A DNA stretch of 64,000 bases from NCBI GenBank assembly GCA_918797485.1, contig CAKKNE010000001.1, positions 3,472,001 through 3,536,000 of the forward strand. Direction: 5' to 3'. Shown here piece after piece: positions 1-9,800 of the stretch. Position 1 is the stretch's first letter. Every line of letters begins with the position of its first letter. Source of the stretch: Pelagomonas calceolata. Its lineage: Eukaryota. Position numbers and translations under genes: made by a program. The notes under the pieces are model-generated. The model worked only from the letters and a program-made list of their open reading frames with translations, had not been told where the DNA came from and did no database searches.

Positions 1-2
1 CT

Positions 3-311
3 GTATCCAGAGTGCGCGTGCTCGCGACGGACGGGAGGAGGTGCGTCGTCCAGGTCGCGATCGAGACGGGCCGCACGCACCAGATCCGCGTCCATTTAGC
101 CCACGTCGGCGCGCCGGTGCTCGGCGATATTGTGTATGGCGACGCCTCGGCGAACGACCGCGCCGCGAAGGCGCCTTTGTCTGTGACGAGGCCGCTCCTG
201 CACGCGTGGCGGCTGGGCTTCGACCACCCCGTTTCAAGGAAGCGCGTCGAGGTCGTGGCGCCGCCTCCCCCCGACTTGGCGCGAGCGGTCCGGCAGGTGA
301 GCGGCCGATGA
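3..311 (+). CDS. RluA/RluD-family RNA pseudouridine synthase, C-terminal part (5' end outside window)
   Basis: Motifs TGRTHQIRVHL, GAPVLGDIVYG and LLHAWRLGFDHP; TGA at 309-311. Confidence 0.9.
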   Translation, partial: VSRVRVLATDGRRCVVQVAIETGRTHQIRVHLAHVGAPVLGDIVYGDASANDRAAKAPLSVTRPLLHAWRLGFDHPVSRKRVEVVAPPPPDLARAVRQVSGR

Positions 312-410
312 CATGTTGTGATTCACTAACAATAATAATAAGAGTCCTGGCGGCCGCGTCTTCCGTCTTCGCCGCGGCGCGCGCCGATGGCGCCGTCCCG
401 GGGTGGCCGA

Positions 411-2378
411 CTACGGACCGGGATTGCGGTACCACACGACGCCCAACCCAACGTCCTCGCCCAAACCTTCTTCGGACGTTACTATATCAAAAGCGCCGTC
501 GCCGTCGACGTCGGCGACGCGCACCAAATCGAACTTCGCCCCATCTTGACCAGCGACGTCGACGGGGTCGCATTGGGCCGTCCACGGCTGCGACGGGTCC
601 CTTCTTAAGTAAAACACTCCGAGCTTTTCATCGGTCGCGTCCTCGCACGATATGACTAGTTCGGGCGCGCCGTCTCCATCGAGGTCGCCCGCCGTCACTG
701 ATTTCACAGTCGTCCCGATGTCGATATCAGATACGTCGCATCGCAAATGGGTAGAAGACCAGGTCTGGGTCTTATCTCCCGAAGGAGCTTCTAGTACCAC
801 AACACCTGTGCGCTCCTCCGCGACGACGACGTCCACACTCCCCGTGCCGTACAAATCTACCAGATCGAGCATCATCACCCGCATCGAGACGTCACCAAGC
901 ATGCGGTGGTGGGGCCAGTCACTGCCATCCAACACTCCGGGGTTCTCGAGCCAAAAAACGCCGGGGCCATCCTTCGTCCCGCGAAACGACACGACCGCAT
1001 CCACTAACCCGTCCCCATCAACATCGTGCGCCGCGAGGGACATGACCCACCGCTCTTCGATGGACGAGCTGATCGGAACGTAGGTCCACTTTGTCGCGTC
1101 GCGCGCGTCGGAACCTTGTTTGAGTACCGCCACAGAGACGGGGCTCTCCTTGGCCCCGACGACGATATCTGTCAAACCGTCCCCGTCGACATCCGTCGAC
1201 GAGGACGCCATCCACTTGCCCACGCCTTCCAGTAATTCCAGCGTCGTCCATTCACCAAACAGATCGGGTGGAGCGAAGTGCAACCTCACGAAGCCCGCGC
1301 CCCAGCTCCCGACCTTCCCCGCCATCCAGCCGCCGGCCTCGGCGCAGCTCACGATGTCTATCAGACCGTCTCCATCGAGGTCGACGAATTCCGCATCTTC
1401 AATTCCGTCCTGGCTCAGTAGGTCTGTTCTATCAGTAAGATTGGCGATGACGACGCGGGGCCACGCCGTTTCACTATCGCCAGGATTGAGGTACGCGGCC
1501 ACCACCCCAGACTCCTCCCAGGGGATGGCGAGGTCGAGAAACCCGTCGCCATCGGCGTCGGCGAGGTGGCTGCCGTCGGCGCCTCGTAGTGATGCGTCGA
1601 CGGTGAAGCGGGCCCAGCCCGTCGTCGGGGTTGGTGATTGTGTGAGTGTCGGTTGCAATGACGGCGCCGGCGACGGTGGTGTGGTCGTCGGTAGTGACGA
1701 CGGCGTGCGCGACGGTAGAGGAGTAGGATGTGGCGTCGGAGCGATGACGGGAGATGCCGTCGGGTTGCCCGGTTTCACTGAAGGCGACGGTGTTGGTGAA
1801 GGCGAGGGCTTCGGCGCAGGAGCCGATGATGAGGGCGCGGACGACGGCATCGACGACGGCGATGGTTGGCTCCGCTTCTTTTTTTTATCAGAGGACACGC
1901 CAAAGACATACCCCAACGCACCAGCACAAGCCATGACAACCACCAACCCCGCGAGCAGCCACCGCCGCCGCTTCCACTTCCACGCTTCTTTACGAGCCAT
2001 CCCGCCGGGCTCGTGCCCATATCTTAAATCGGAGGGATTCAACACCACTATCGAATGGCTCCACTTCCGCTGCTCGACGGGGCAGGGCGCCCAGCGCGCC
2101 GGCTCGGCGAGGTCCTTCGTCTCCTCCTCTGATGGTGTCACGAACGGCCGCTCGTGGCGCGGCTGCTCCGGCGTTTTTGGAGGGTCCAGGGCGCGCGTCA
2201 GGCGCTCCATTTCGTCCAACTCTACAGCGTCGCTGCCGACCTCGCCCATCGCCCTTAACGCCGCGGCGCTCTCGGACGCGCGCATCGGAGACTCGTCGTC
2301 TGCACCGATGATCGCATCCACCACATCCGGCGGCGGGTGCCGCGGCGGCGCGACGTCGCGCTTCGTAAACTTGGGCAT
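411..2378 (-). CDS. Type II membrane protein with Pro/Ser/Thr stalk and FG-GAP/VCBS-repeat (Ca-binding beta-propeller) ectodomain
   Basis: Basic patch followed by TM helix (WLLAGLVVVMACAGALGYVF), PSP/PTP stalk, about 7 DxDGDGxxD(I/L)(V/A) repeats. Confidence 0.8.
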   Translation of the reverse strand: MPKFTKRDVAPPRHPPPDVVDAIIGADDESPMRASESAAALRAMGEVGSDAVELDEMERLTRALDPPKTPEQPRHERPFVTPSEEETKDLAEPARWAPCPVEQRKWSHSIVVLNPSDLRYGHEPGGMARKEAWKWKRRRWLLAGLVVVMACAGALGYVFGVSSDKKKKRSQPSPSSMPSSAPSSSAPAPKPSPSPTPSPSVKPGNPTASPVIAPTPHPTPLPSRTPSSLPTTTPPSPAPSLQPTLTQSPTPTTGWARFTVDASLRGADGSHLADADGDGFLDLAIPWEESGVVAAYLNPGDSETAWPRVVIANLTDRTDLLSQDGIEDAEFVDLDGDGLIDIVSCAEAGGWMAGKVGSWGAGFVRLHFAPPDLFGEWTTLELLEGVGKWMASSSTDVDGDGLTDIVVGAKESPVSVAVLKQGSDARDATKWTYVPISSSIEERWVMSLAAHDVDGDGLVDAVVSFRGTKDGPGVFWLENPGVLDGSDWPHHRMLGDVSMRVMMLDLVDLYGTGSVDVVVAEERTGVVVLEAPSGDKTQTWSSTHLRCDVSDIDIGTTVKSVTAGDLDGDGAPELVISCEDATDEKLGVFYLRRDPSQPWTAQCDPVDVAGQDGAKFDLVRVADVDGDGAFDIVTSEEGLGEDVGLGVVWYRNPGP

Positions 2379-2631
2379 GGGTGGTGCTAGCTCATGTCAT
2401 GCTGCCGGGGCGCCGGCATGGCTGCCCGCGGCGAGCAGCCTTCACTAATTTTGTGTTCTCGCTTTGCTTTTCGCCCTTTGCACCGCTTGATGTTGTGTTT
2501 TTGCAAGCAGCAATTTGCAGCACAATTTGTGTGTCGACAACCTCCGGGCATCTCCGCCGGCGCCGCTCCACCCGTCCGACAACGTCGGGCGGACTGGCAA
2601 GCTTGTCTTCTGTACGACTGTATTGCTCTGC

Positions 2632-2655
2632 GCTAGCGGCCTGTAAGACACTAGC
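2632..2655 (+). promoter_or_regulatory. Bipartite CTAG upstream motif
   Basis: GCTAGCGGCCTGTAAGACACTAGC between divergent genes. Confidence 0.6.
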
Positions 2656-2882
2656 AGCAAGCAAAAAGCTTGCATCTCTGGACTTTGTGTGCAGCAAACA
2701 CTCGCATTTGTGCGTTTCGCGACGCACTGTTGCCGCTGCTGTGTCGCTTTGAAGTGCTGTGCCGGCTGCTGCAATTTCGACCTTCTGCACCCGTCGCCGC
2801 GGCTGCTGCAAGCCGCACTCTCAGGAGCACTACTCCTCACCGGTGCACACGCTGTCGCCGCGCAGCCGACGCATCAGCAGCC

Positions 2883-3647
2883 ATGGCAAGGGCAGCGCTG
2901 CGCCTCGTCGAGCTGCCGCGCTGGCCCATCAAGCGCATGCTGCGCCTCGAGGAGGCGCTGGTCAGGCACGAGCCCGGCAACTGGTGTTTAATCACCGCGC
3001 TGCCACCACAACAACCGACGGTCGTCGTCGGCCTGGGCGGCAAGCCCGAGCGGTTGCTCGACGCCGGCGAACTGCAGAAGAGGCCGGTGCCGGTCATCCG
3101 GCGCTTCACGGGCGGCGGTACTGTGGTTGTGAACGGCGGTGTTGTAGTTACGTCGCTCATCGTCGACAAAGGGTGCGAGGCGTGCGCGCCCTTCCCGCGC
3201 GACATCATGAAGTGGACCGAGGGTATCTATAGGGATGCCTTCTCCCAGATGATCGACTCGACGCAATTTGCGCTCCGCGACCACGACTACGTCTTTCAGG
3301 ATCGGAAGGTCGGCGGCAACGCGCAGTCCATCGTCAAGGACAAGTGGATCCACCACACGAGCTTTCTCTGGGACTTTGACGAGGCGGACATGCGGTATCT
3401 GACGCTGCCGGAGAAGAGACCGGAGTATAGAGGCGACCGGTCGCACGACGACTTCCTCGCGAAGCTCGGCGCGCTGAGCGGCGTGGATGCGGGTGAGGGC
3501 GCATTGAAACTCGCTTCTGGTTTATTTGATTCCTTGGGCGCGGCCTTCGACGTCGAGCGCGGCTCTCTTTCTGAATTGGAGGCCGTCGAGGCGCGGCATT
3601 CGTCGGGCGGCTGGCGGCCGGTGGACTTTCCGCCCTCCGGAGGGTAA
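2883..3647 (+). CDS. Lipoate-protein ligase A-like (BPL/LPL catalytic domain)
   Basis: VIRRFTGGGTV, RKVGGNAQ, HHTSFLWD, PEYRGDRSHDDFL; ATG at 2883. Confidence 0.85.
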   Translation: MARAALRLVELPRWPIKRMLRLEEALVRHEPGNWCLITALPPQQPTVVVGLGGKPERLLDAGELQKRPVPVIRRFTGGGTVVVNGGVVVTSLIVDKGCEACAPFPRDIMKWTEGIYRDAFSQMIDSTQFALRDHDYVFQDRKVGGNAQSIVKDKWIHHTSFLWDFDEADMRYLTLPEKRPEYRGDRSHDDFLAKLGALSGVDAGEGALKLASGLFDSLGAAFDVERGSLSELEAVEARHSSGGWRPVDFPPSGG

Positions 3648-3773
3648 CTGTAGGTGTGGTTAATATGGATCCGTATGTTCAGCATTGTTCGCATCCGCCG
3701 GTTTTCACCGTACGTAACACTAGACACACGAACACCTCCAACGCCACCAACGAAAGCAACTACAAACGAACAT

Positions 3774-5129
3774 TTACCACGCCGCGCCCCTCGAGCCGGT
3801 CCACTGGTTCCCCTCGTCCTCGTCCCACTCCGTGTCCAACCCGAGGGACTTGAGGCGCCTTTCCTGGTAGTACTCCTTGGCGGGCAGCGTCAGGACCTCG
3901 GCGTCGGCCCACCGTTGCGTCGCCTCGAGGGCGTCGAGCTCCGCCGATCGCAGCTGCTCATAAATACCAATCGTTGCGACGAGCATGCCCTGTCGCGCAG
4001 CTTCAGCCTCGTCCGCCACCGCTTTTATTACGGCAGCCTCATTATCGCGAGAAATAGGCGCGCCCAGGTGGTTCCAGACCTCGTTCGCGAAGATGGGCTC
4101 CAACAAAAAGGCGTCCGGGCCCTCGAGGAGCGACAGCCGTAAAAACCGCAGCACCTCCGGGTCCGGCTCGCCACCTAAACAGGCCTCCACAAAACCATCG
4201 TCCACTTCCTCGCCGTCGATGGCGCCGTTCAAATATAACAAGTTGAGCTTATCATCGATAAAGCGGTCCTCCTCGCGTAACTCAAATCTCAGCTCCGCCG
4301 TCGCCGCGAAGCGTCTCGCCGCACCGGTCCTAGGCAGAAATCCATACCTTTCAAGATACGCAGCGGCGGGAAGGGCGCCGTACGAAGCTACCAGTTTTTC
4401 ACCTTTGGTGCGATCTTCGGGCGCCAGAAACCGCACGGTCTTCCGGCCTGGTAATTGTATGCCGCCCGGGCCCCGCGGTCCCAATTCACACAATAGATCT
4501 TCTTCGAAGGGATCTAGCAGGTCGTCGTGATCCACCAGATCCAGACCGGGCGCGAGACATAGACCGACGTCGGGCACCTCGACACTCCTCGATATGACCC
4601 AGGCCAGCGCGAGTAGGAAGTCGTCCCAGTTTTCGCCCGTGTTGTCTACTAACCACTGCATATCATCAACCGCATTTTCTCTGAGCGCCCCTAGGTCCCG
4701 CGCGGAACAACTCGGTGGCTCATTTGTATCAAGTAAAGGCAGCCACAGGTCTTGGGGTAACGATTCGATCCACTCCCGCGGTAGGTCATCCCGGAGCAAG
4801 CACGCTGCTAGCAACGACGCATCTCCGCACCAGGGGTCCCACGGTTCTCCCGCATTGTCCTCCGCGGTTTGTAACCATGGCATGGCCCGCGCCCGATCAA
4901 TGGTGACGCACGCGTCCAAGGGCACCTCGAGGACGCAGTCGCCCCTCCTGATATTCTTTGTTAGTTGGAGGTGGAGCTGGCCGTCTTCCGTCGCGACGCG
5001 CGCGGCGCTCGTTGTCGTTACGTCGTCGAGGAACCTTTGTAGGGCTTGCACCGGTCTCTGTGCTGCCGTCGTCGTGAGCGCATGGCTTGACACGGCTAGC
5101 AGTGATAACGAGATGGCTTGTAGCCACAT
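3774..5129 (-). CDS. SET-domain lysine methyltransferase, Rubisco LSMT-like, probably plastid-targeted
   Basis: Signal peptide from ATG 5129; WVISRS, LAPGLDLVDH, SYG...YGF; C-terminal EYYQERRLKSLGL. Confidence 0.8.
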   Translation of the reverse strand: MWLQAISLSLLAVSSHALTTTAAQRPVQALQRFLDDVTTTSAARVATEDGQLHLQLTKNIRRGDCVLEVPLDACVTIDRARAMPWLQTAEDNAGEPWDPWCGDASLLAACLLRDDLPREWIESLPQDLWLPLLDTNEPPSCSARDLGALRENAVDDMQWLVDNTGENWDDFLLALAWVISRSVEVPDVGLCLAPGLDLVDHDDLLDPFEEDLLCELGPRGPGGIQLPGRKTVRFLAPEDRTKGEKLVASYGALPAAAYLERYGFLPRTGAARRFAATAELRFELREEDRFIDDKLNLLYLNGAIDGEEVDDGFVEACLGGEPDPEVLRFLRLSLLEGPDAFLLEPIFANEVWNHLGAPISRDNEAAVIKAVADEAEAARQGMLVATIGIYEQLRSAELDALEATQRWADAEVLTLPAKEYYQERRLKSLGLDTEWDEDEGNQWTGSRGAAW

Positions 5130-5312
5130 CTTTGGAGGCAGCAGTGGATTGCAAGCTACCCTTGGGCTCACCTCTATGCTGCACGCGCGACCAACGCCGC
5201 GGCTCCGTCGAGATGCTCTGCCTGGTCTAACGCAACGGTGGATGTAGTGGTTGCTAGCCTGGCTTTGCTGACGGCAAAAGCGATTACTAGCGTACTCACA
5301 CACACTAGTTTT

Positions 5313-5336
5313 CCTAGTGTCTTACATCACGCTAGC
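5313..5336 (-). promoter_or_regulatory. Bipartite CTAG upstream motif
   Basis: Plus strand CCTAGTGTCTTACATCACGCTAGC between divergent genes. Confidence 0.6.
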
Positions 5337-5394
5337 AAGCTTTTTTGCGCAATTGCGCGGCCTCATTAGCTGAGCGCTGCACAACTGCTGCGCC

Positions 5395-6453
5395 ATGGCC
5401 AGCTACGCCGACAATCGTAGCGCCCTCTTCGGCACCTCTAAGAAAGACGCTCCAAAGCCCAAGCCCCAAAAGAAGAGCTACACGCTCGGCGGCCAGTCCA
5501 AGGCCGCGCAGCAGCGCCAGCGCGAGCGCCAACAACAACTGAAGCAAAGAGGAGACGATTTTTATGCGGCGGCCGAAGCCCTCATGCCGCCCAAGAAGAC
5601 GGGCTTCGCGGCTCTCATGTCGAAGCAGCCGAACCCGTTACTGGCGTCGTCGGAGTACGGCAAGGCGGCGGACGCCTACGCTGCTGCCGGTGCGAATGAG
5701 AAAGCGATCGAGGCATACCGGAAGGCATCAAAATGTCATAACGAGTCGAACGCGCCGCACACGGCCGCGCGATGTTTAGAAAAGGCGGCACCGCTCGCTG
5801 TTAACGATGGAGCGAAGGCGACGCTGGCCATGGAGTCCGCGGACACCTGGGCCATTGCGGGAGAGCCGTTGCGAGGCGCCGAGGTCGCGCTGAAGCTCGC
5901 TGCTTCATTACAAGTGGACGCGGCGCGGCCGTTAGTATCAAAGGCGACGGACCTCGCTTCGACAAGCATAGGCTCGCCGCACGCGCCCGAGCTCCTCCAG
6001 AAGGTCGTGGGTTATTACTGCTCAAAGGGCTACTATCGAGAAGCGCTGCAGGCGAATAATACACTCCTCGAGGCGCTCGACCGCGCGCGGATGGCCGCGG
6101 GCGCGCCGCTGTATCGCTGTTTGGCAGCACAGACGATCTTAGCCTTGGCGGACGGCTCCGACGTGCAAAAAGCCGACGCGGCCTTCCTCGAGTCCTTAGG
6201 AAGAGACGGCTACGCGGCCTCGCAGCAGGCCAAGGCCGCCGAAGATTTATTGCAGTGCTTCAAGGCGCCGGACGATGAAGCCTTCGACGACGCCGTCGCG
6301 TCGCCGGCTTTACAGAGTCTGGACCACGCCGTGGCGCAGGTGGCCAAGGCGCTGCCGCGGCCCGTCGTGGTTGTTGAGTCCGCGGCGCCCGCTGTTGCGC
6401 CGGCGCCCGGGCTGACCGAGGACGACGCGGACGAGCTGCCGGACCTGACGTAA
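5395..6453 (+). CDS. Gamma-SNAP-like (soluble NSF attachment protein)
   Basis: SNAP-type helical repeats (ASSEYGKAADAY, AARCLEKAA); acidic C-terminus DDADELPDLT. Confidence 0.7.
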   Translation: MASYADNRSALFGTSKKDAPKPKPQKKSYTLGGQSKAAQQRQRERQQQLKQRGDDFYAAAEALMPPKKTGFAALMSKQPNPLLASSEYGKAADAYAAAGANEKAIEAYRKASKCHNESNAPHTAARCLEKAAPLAVNDGAKATLAMESADTWAIAGEPLRGAEVALKLAASLQVDAARPLVSKATDLASTSIGSPHAPELLQKVVGYYCSKGYYREALQANNTLLEALDRARMAAGAPLYRCLAAQTILALADGSDVQKADAAFLESLGRDGYAASQQAKAAEDLLQCFKAPDDEAFDDAVASPALQSLDHAVAQVAKALPRPVVVVESAAPAVAPAPGLTEDDADELPDLT

Positions 6454-6474
6454 AAAATATCTGTTGTAATTTGC

Positions 6475-6620
6475 ACGGTGTTAGCTCGGACTCGTGGGCG
6501 GAGCCCCTCCAGGGGCGGGACACCGCGCGTCGCCGATTCATCGGCGGCGGGCCGCGTCTTTCGTGACAGCATACTTCCTTCGGAGCAGAACGGCCTCGGC
6601 AAGCCCCCCGAACAATGTGC
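6475..6620 (+). repeat. Dispersed repeat A, long copy
   Basis: Similar to the reverse complement of 42991-43116; 5' module also at 35259 and 55307. Confidence 0.8.
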
Positions 6621-6856
6621 GAGGGGCCCGGGGGGCGGAGATAGGCGGAGTAGGGGGTCCAGCTTCATACCAGCAAAAACCGCAAACTGTGGCAGCTTGC
6701 GACGCGCTGCGCACCGGTACGCATCGCGAGCGGCGTCGCCGCCGGCACAGGAGCACCGGACGGCACCGCTCGGACCGGGACCGCGCGAGGAGCCGTCGCG
6801 GGCAGCGTTTACCGTTGGGCAGCCCCGTGGCACCTGCGCAGCACCAACGAGGAAGG

Positions 6857-9800
6857 ATGGACGGCTCGCTGGACTTTAGCGTGAGCGGCGACACGTTCCC
6901 CGGCGGGCGCACGCCGGCCAAGGCGCCTCCGTTGAAGGAGGGCGCGGAGGTCGAGGCGCGCTACGGCGGCGAAAGCGAGTGGTTCCCCGGGACAATAAAA
7001 GCTGTCAATGCCGACGGTTCCTATGATATCGACTATGCGGACGGCGACAAAGAAACGAAGGTCATCGCCGAGTTCGTGCGTATGAAACAACCGCCGAAGA
7101 CGCCTCTGAAGAGGCAGGACACCGAGGACTCGCTCAAGTCGACGCAGAAGCTCAAGCGCGCCGCGTCCGAGGTCGAGGACAAGGAGCGGGCCGACGCGAA
7201 GGGCGCTTCAAGGAACCTCCAGAGTGCTGCCCGGGAATTGGACTCGTCGCAAACTTTGGAGGCGTCCCGAAGCATGCGCTCTGCCGGAGAAGAGCTCCAA
7301 GAACGGAAGAAGCAGGAGGCGCAACGCGAACTGGAGAAGCAGGCTCGCCGGGAACAGGAGCAGGCGCCCGAGGCCATCAAGGAGGCCGCGCGGAAAGTGG
7401 ATGGCGAGAAGCTATCAGCTTCTGTCGCTGATCTGGGCCGCAGTGCATCGAAATACGAGGCGTCAAAGGAGGACCCGCACGCCTGGATGTCGTCTAAAAA
7501 GGCACTACCGGATAAAGTAGAGGCGAGGACCTGGTCCGGCCTCGAGGCGAAGGCAACGCCTGAATTACAAGCAGCGTTACCCTGGGACACGTCAGACATA
7601 CCGACGGGCAACAGGCCCGAGGTCGCTCTCCTAGCTGAACGAAGTTTAAGACGATCTAGAGCACCGGACGCCATCTCGCGGCAGCAGCGCGTGCTGCTCG
7701 CGAGATCCGTCGACTTTTCGGTACCGAAGAAGAAGCTCGGCCCGAAGTTCGCTACTATATCTGCTCATAGATTATCAAAACCGATTGATCGTTCTACGGA
7801 CGTCTACGGAAGAACGGTGAAAGACGTCACGAACGCGGCACAAAAGCGATTGTTCAAATTCGCTTCGAGAGATGATGCGTTGAATTGCACGTTTCGACCT
7901 CGATTAGGCAAGGGCGACCCGCTCGGCGAAGATCAGAAGGAAGATGAGGATAATCCGAACAACTTCATCCAGCGCCAAGATGCGTGGGGCCGCAAAGTCA
8001 GGCAAGACCGAGAGCACAGGAAAGGCGAGAAGGAGTACGGCTATGTCATCGACAAGAAGATGTGCCCTTCCTGCGGGGCGGTCCAGAAGTACGACGAGAT
8101 TGTGAACAAGAGAGACAGGTGTCCCGAATGCGCGGTGGCCTATAAGTCGAGTAGTGCGATCAAGCTGGCGCGCGAACGGGAGTTACTTGGTAGTAACGAT
8201 GCGGAGACGTGCGGCAAATGCGGGGCGCGCCAGACGCTCGAGGAGTTGCTGGACACGCGCGACACGTGTGCCGTCTGTGCGATCGTGTACGAAGAGCTCG
8301 TGATGGGTGGTGGTAGTGAGGAGGAGGAGGAGGAATCCGAGAAGGAATCGGACAAGGAAGATAATCTGGAGGAGCACGTCGGCAAGCGGGTGAAGACGCC
8401 GTCGGGCAAAGTCGGCAAGATTTCTAGAGTTGAAGGTGATTTATGTTATGTCGTTCTGGCCAAGGAAGAAGCTGATGGTGGTGCTGAGGCCAAGGAAGGT
8501 GATGAGAAGCCAAAGAAGAAGGGTTCTGATGATGAGTCCGAGGCGAAGGGGTCGGACGGCGGCTCTCACGACGAGGCGAAGGGCGACGACCCCCTAGCTA
8601 ACGTGAGCCCGACGAAGAAGTCGTCGCGGCGGCGGCGGGAGAAGAGCAATCTCTCGAGCGACGAGGAGAACGATGATGATGATGATGCTTCGGATGGCAA
8701 GGGCGACGCCGAGCAATGGGTGCGCGAGCAGTGGCCGCTCATGGGCCGCAAGGGTAAGGAAACGGGCGGTGCAGAAGAGGGCGAGGACGAGTTCTACTTC
8801 GACGAATTGCAGCTTATCGAGGAGAAGAAGTCCAAGAAGAAGAAGAAGAAGGGCTCGGACGACGAGTACTCCAGTGACGAGGAGGCCAAGCAGGGCGACG
8901 GCTCCGACGCCGAGGCCAAGGCCGACTCTGATGGGGACGGCTCCGAGGCCAAAGAAGATGAGGATTCTGTGAAGAGCAAGAAGAAGGCCAAGAAGAAGAA
9001 GAAGACGAAGAAACGTAAAGTGGCGAAGCGCAAGGGCCCGCGCACGCTGCTCGGGCGCTTGCGGGCGGACGCGCGCGCGCAGATGACCCTTGAGGCGCTG
9101 TTGCTCCGGGAGCGGTCCATCTTACAGGCCGAGGCGGGCTTTTTGACTGTAGAATTAAGGAAGCTGAAGCGGAGGCGCAAGCTCGAGCGCGCGGCGGGGC
9201 GCCGCGCGGCCGGCACCAAGGTGAAAGACGCCATCGACGCCGACGAACGGGCCATCGTCAAGGCGCTGGACGACGAGCGTAAAGCTGCCAAGGCGGCGTC
9301 GGTCTACGAGTCGGACCCGAAGCGGCGCGAGGCGCTGGAGGCGAAGGTGGACGAAGCGAGAGCGCAGCGGAACGCGGCGTTCAAGCACGCCGTGCCGGCG
9401 CTCAAGGAGCGGCTGGACTACAACCAGGCGTGCCTCGATAAGTGTCGGCGGTGGCGGGCGAAGCTCTCGGAGAAGCCCGACGAGCCGCTCCATGAGGAAG
9501 AGGAGGCGAAGAAGGAGGACCCCTTGATGGATAAACTCCGGGAGAAAGGATTGGGCACGTTTAGGGAGCGGTACCAGCGAACCTTGGACGAGACGGAGAC
9601 GCCGGAACTCCTAGACAGGAAGCTGCGGGCCATCGAGCAGTATCGCAAGGAGATGGAGGGGCAGATGCGGCGTAAAAAACTACTCACGCAGAAGGCCCTG
9701 CGCCAGAAGGCCGAGGGCAAGAGTGACGACGAGGAGGACGTGGACCCGCTCGTCGCGCAGCGCGTCGAGGATGAATTAGAAAAACTTGATACGCACATGG

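Noticed and set aside
1120..2448. Long antisense and alternative-frame ORFs (e.g. 1120-2448, 20850-21824, 39891-40673, 57803-58624)
   Set aside because: Shadow ORFs expected at high GC; they overlap well-supported genes and have no recognisable motifs.
6475..6620. Repeat A as a SECIS element or known ncRNA
   Set aside because: No in-frame TGA candidate in adjacent genes, no clear SECIS core shared by the copies, and orientation relative to genes is inconsistent.
6494..6856. Upstream GTG/TTG extensions in the ORF track (also 35332-37044, 57747, 2670)
   Set aside because: This is a eukaryotic context; downstream ATGs give sensible N-termini, and the extensions cover repeat or promoter DNA.
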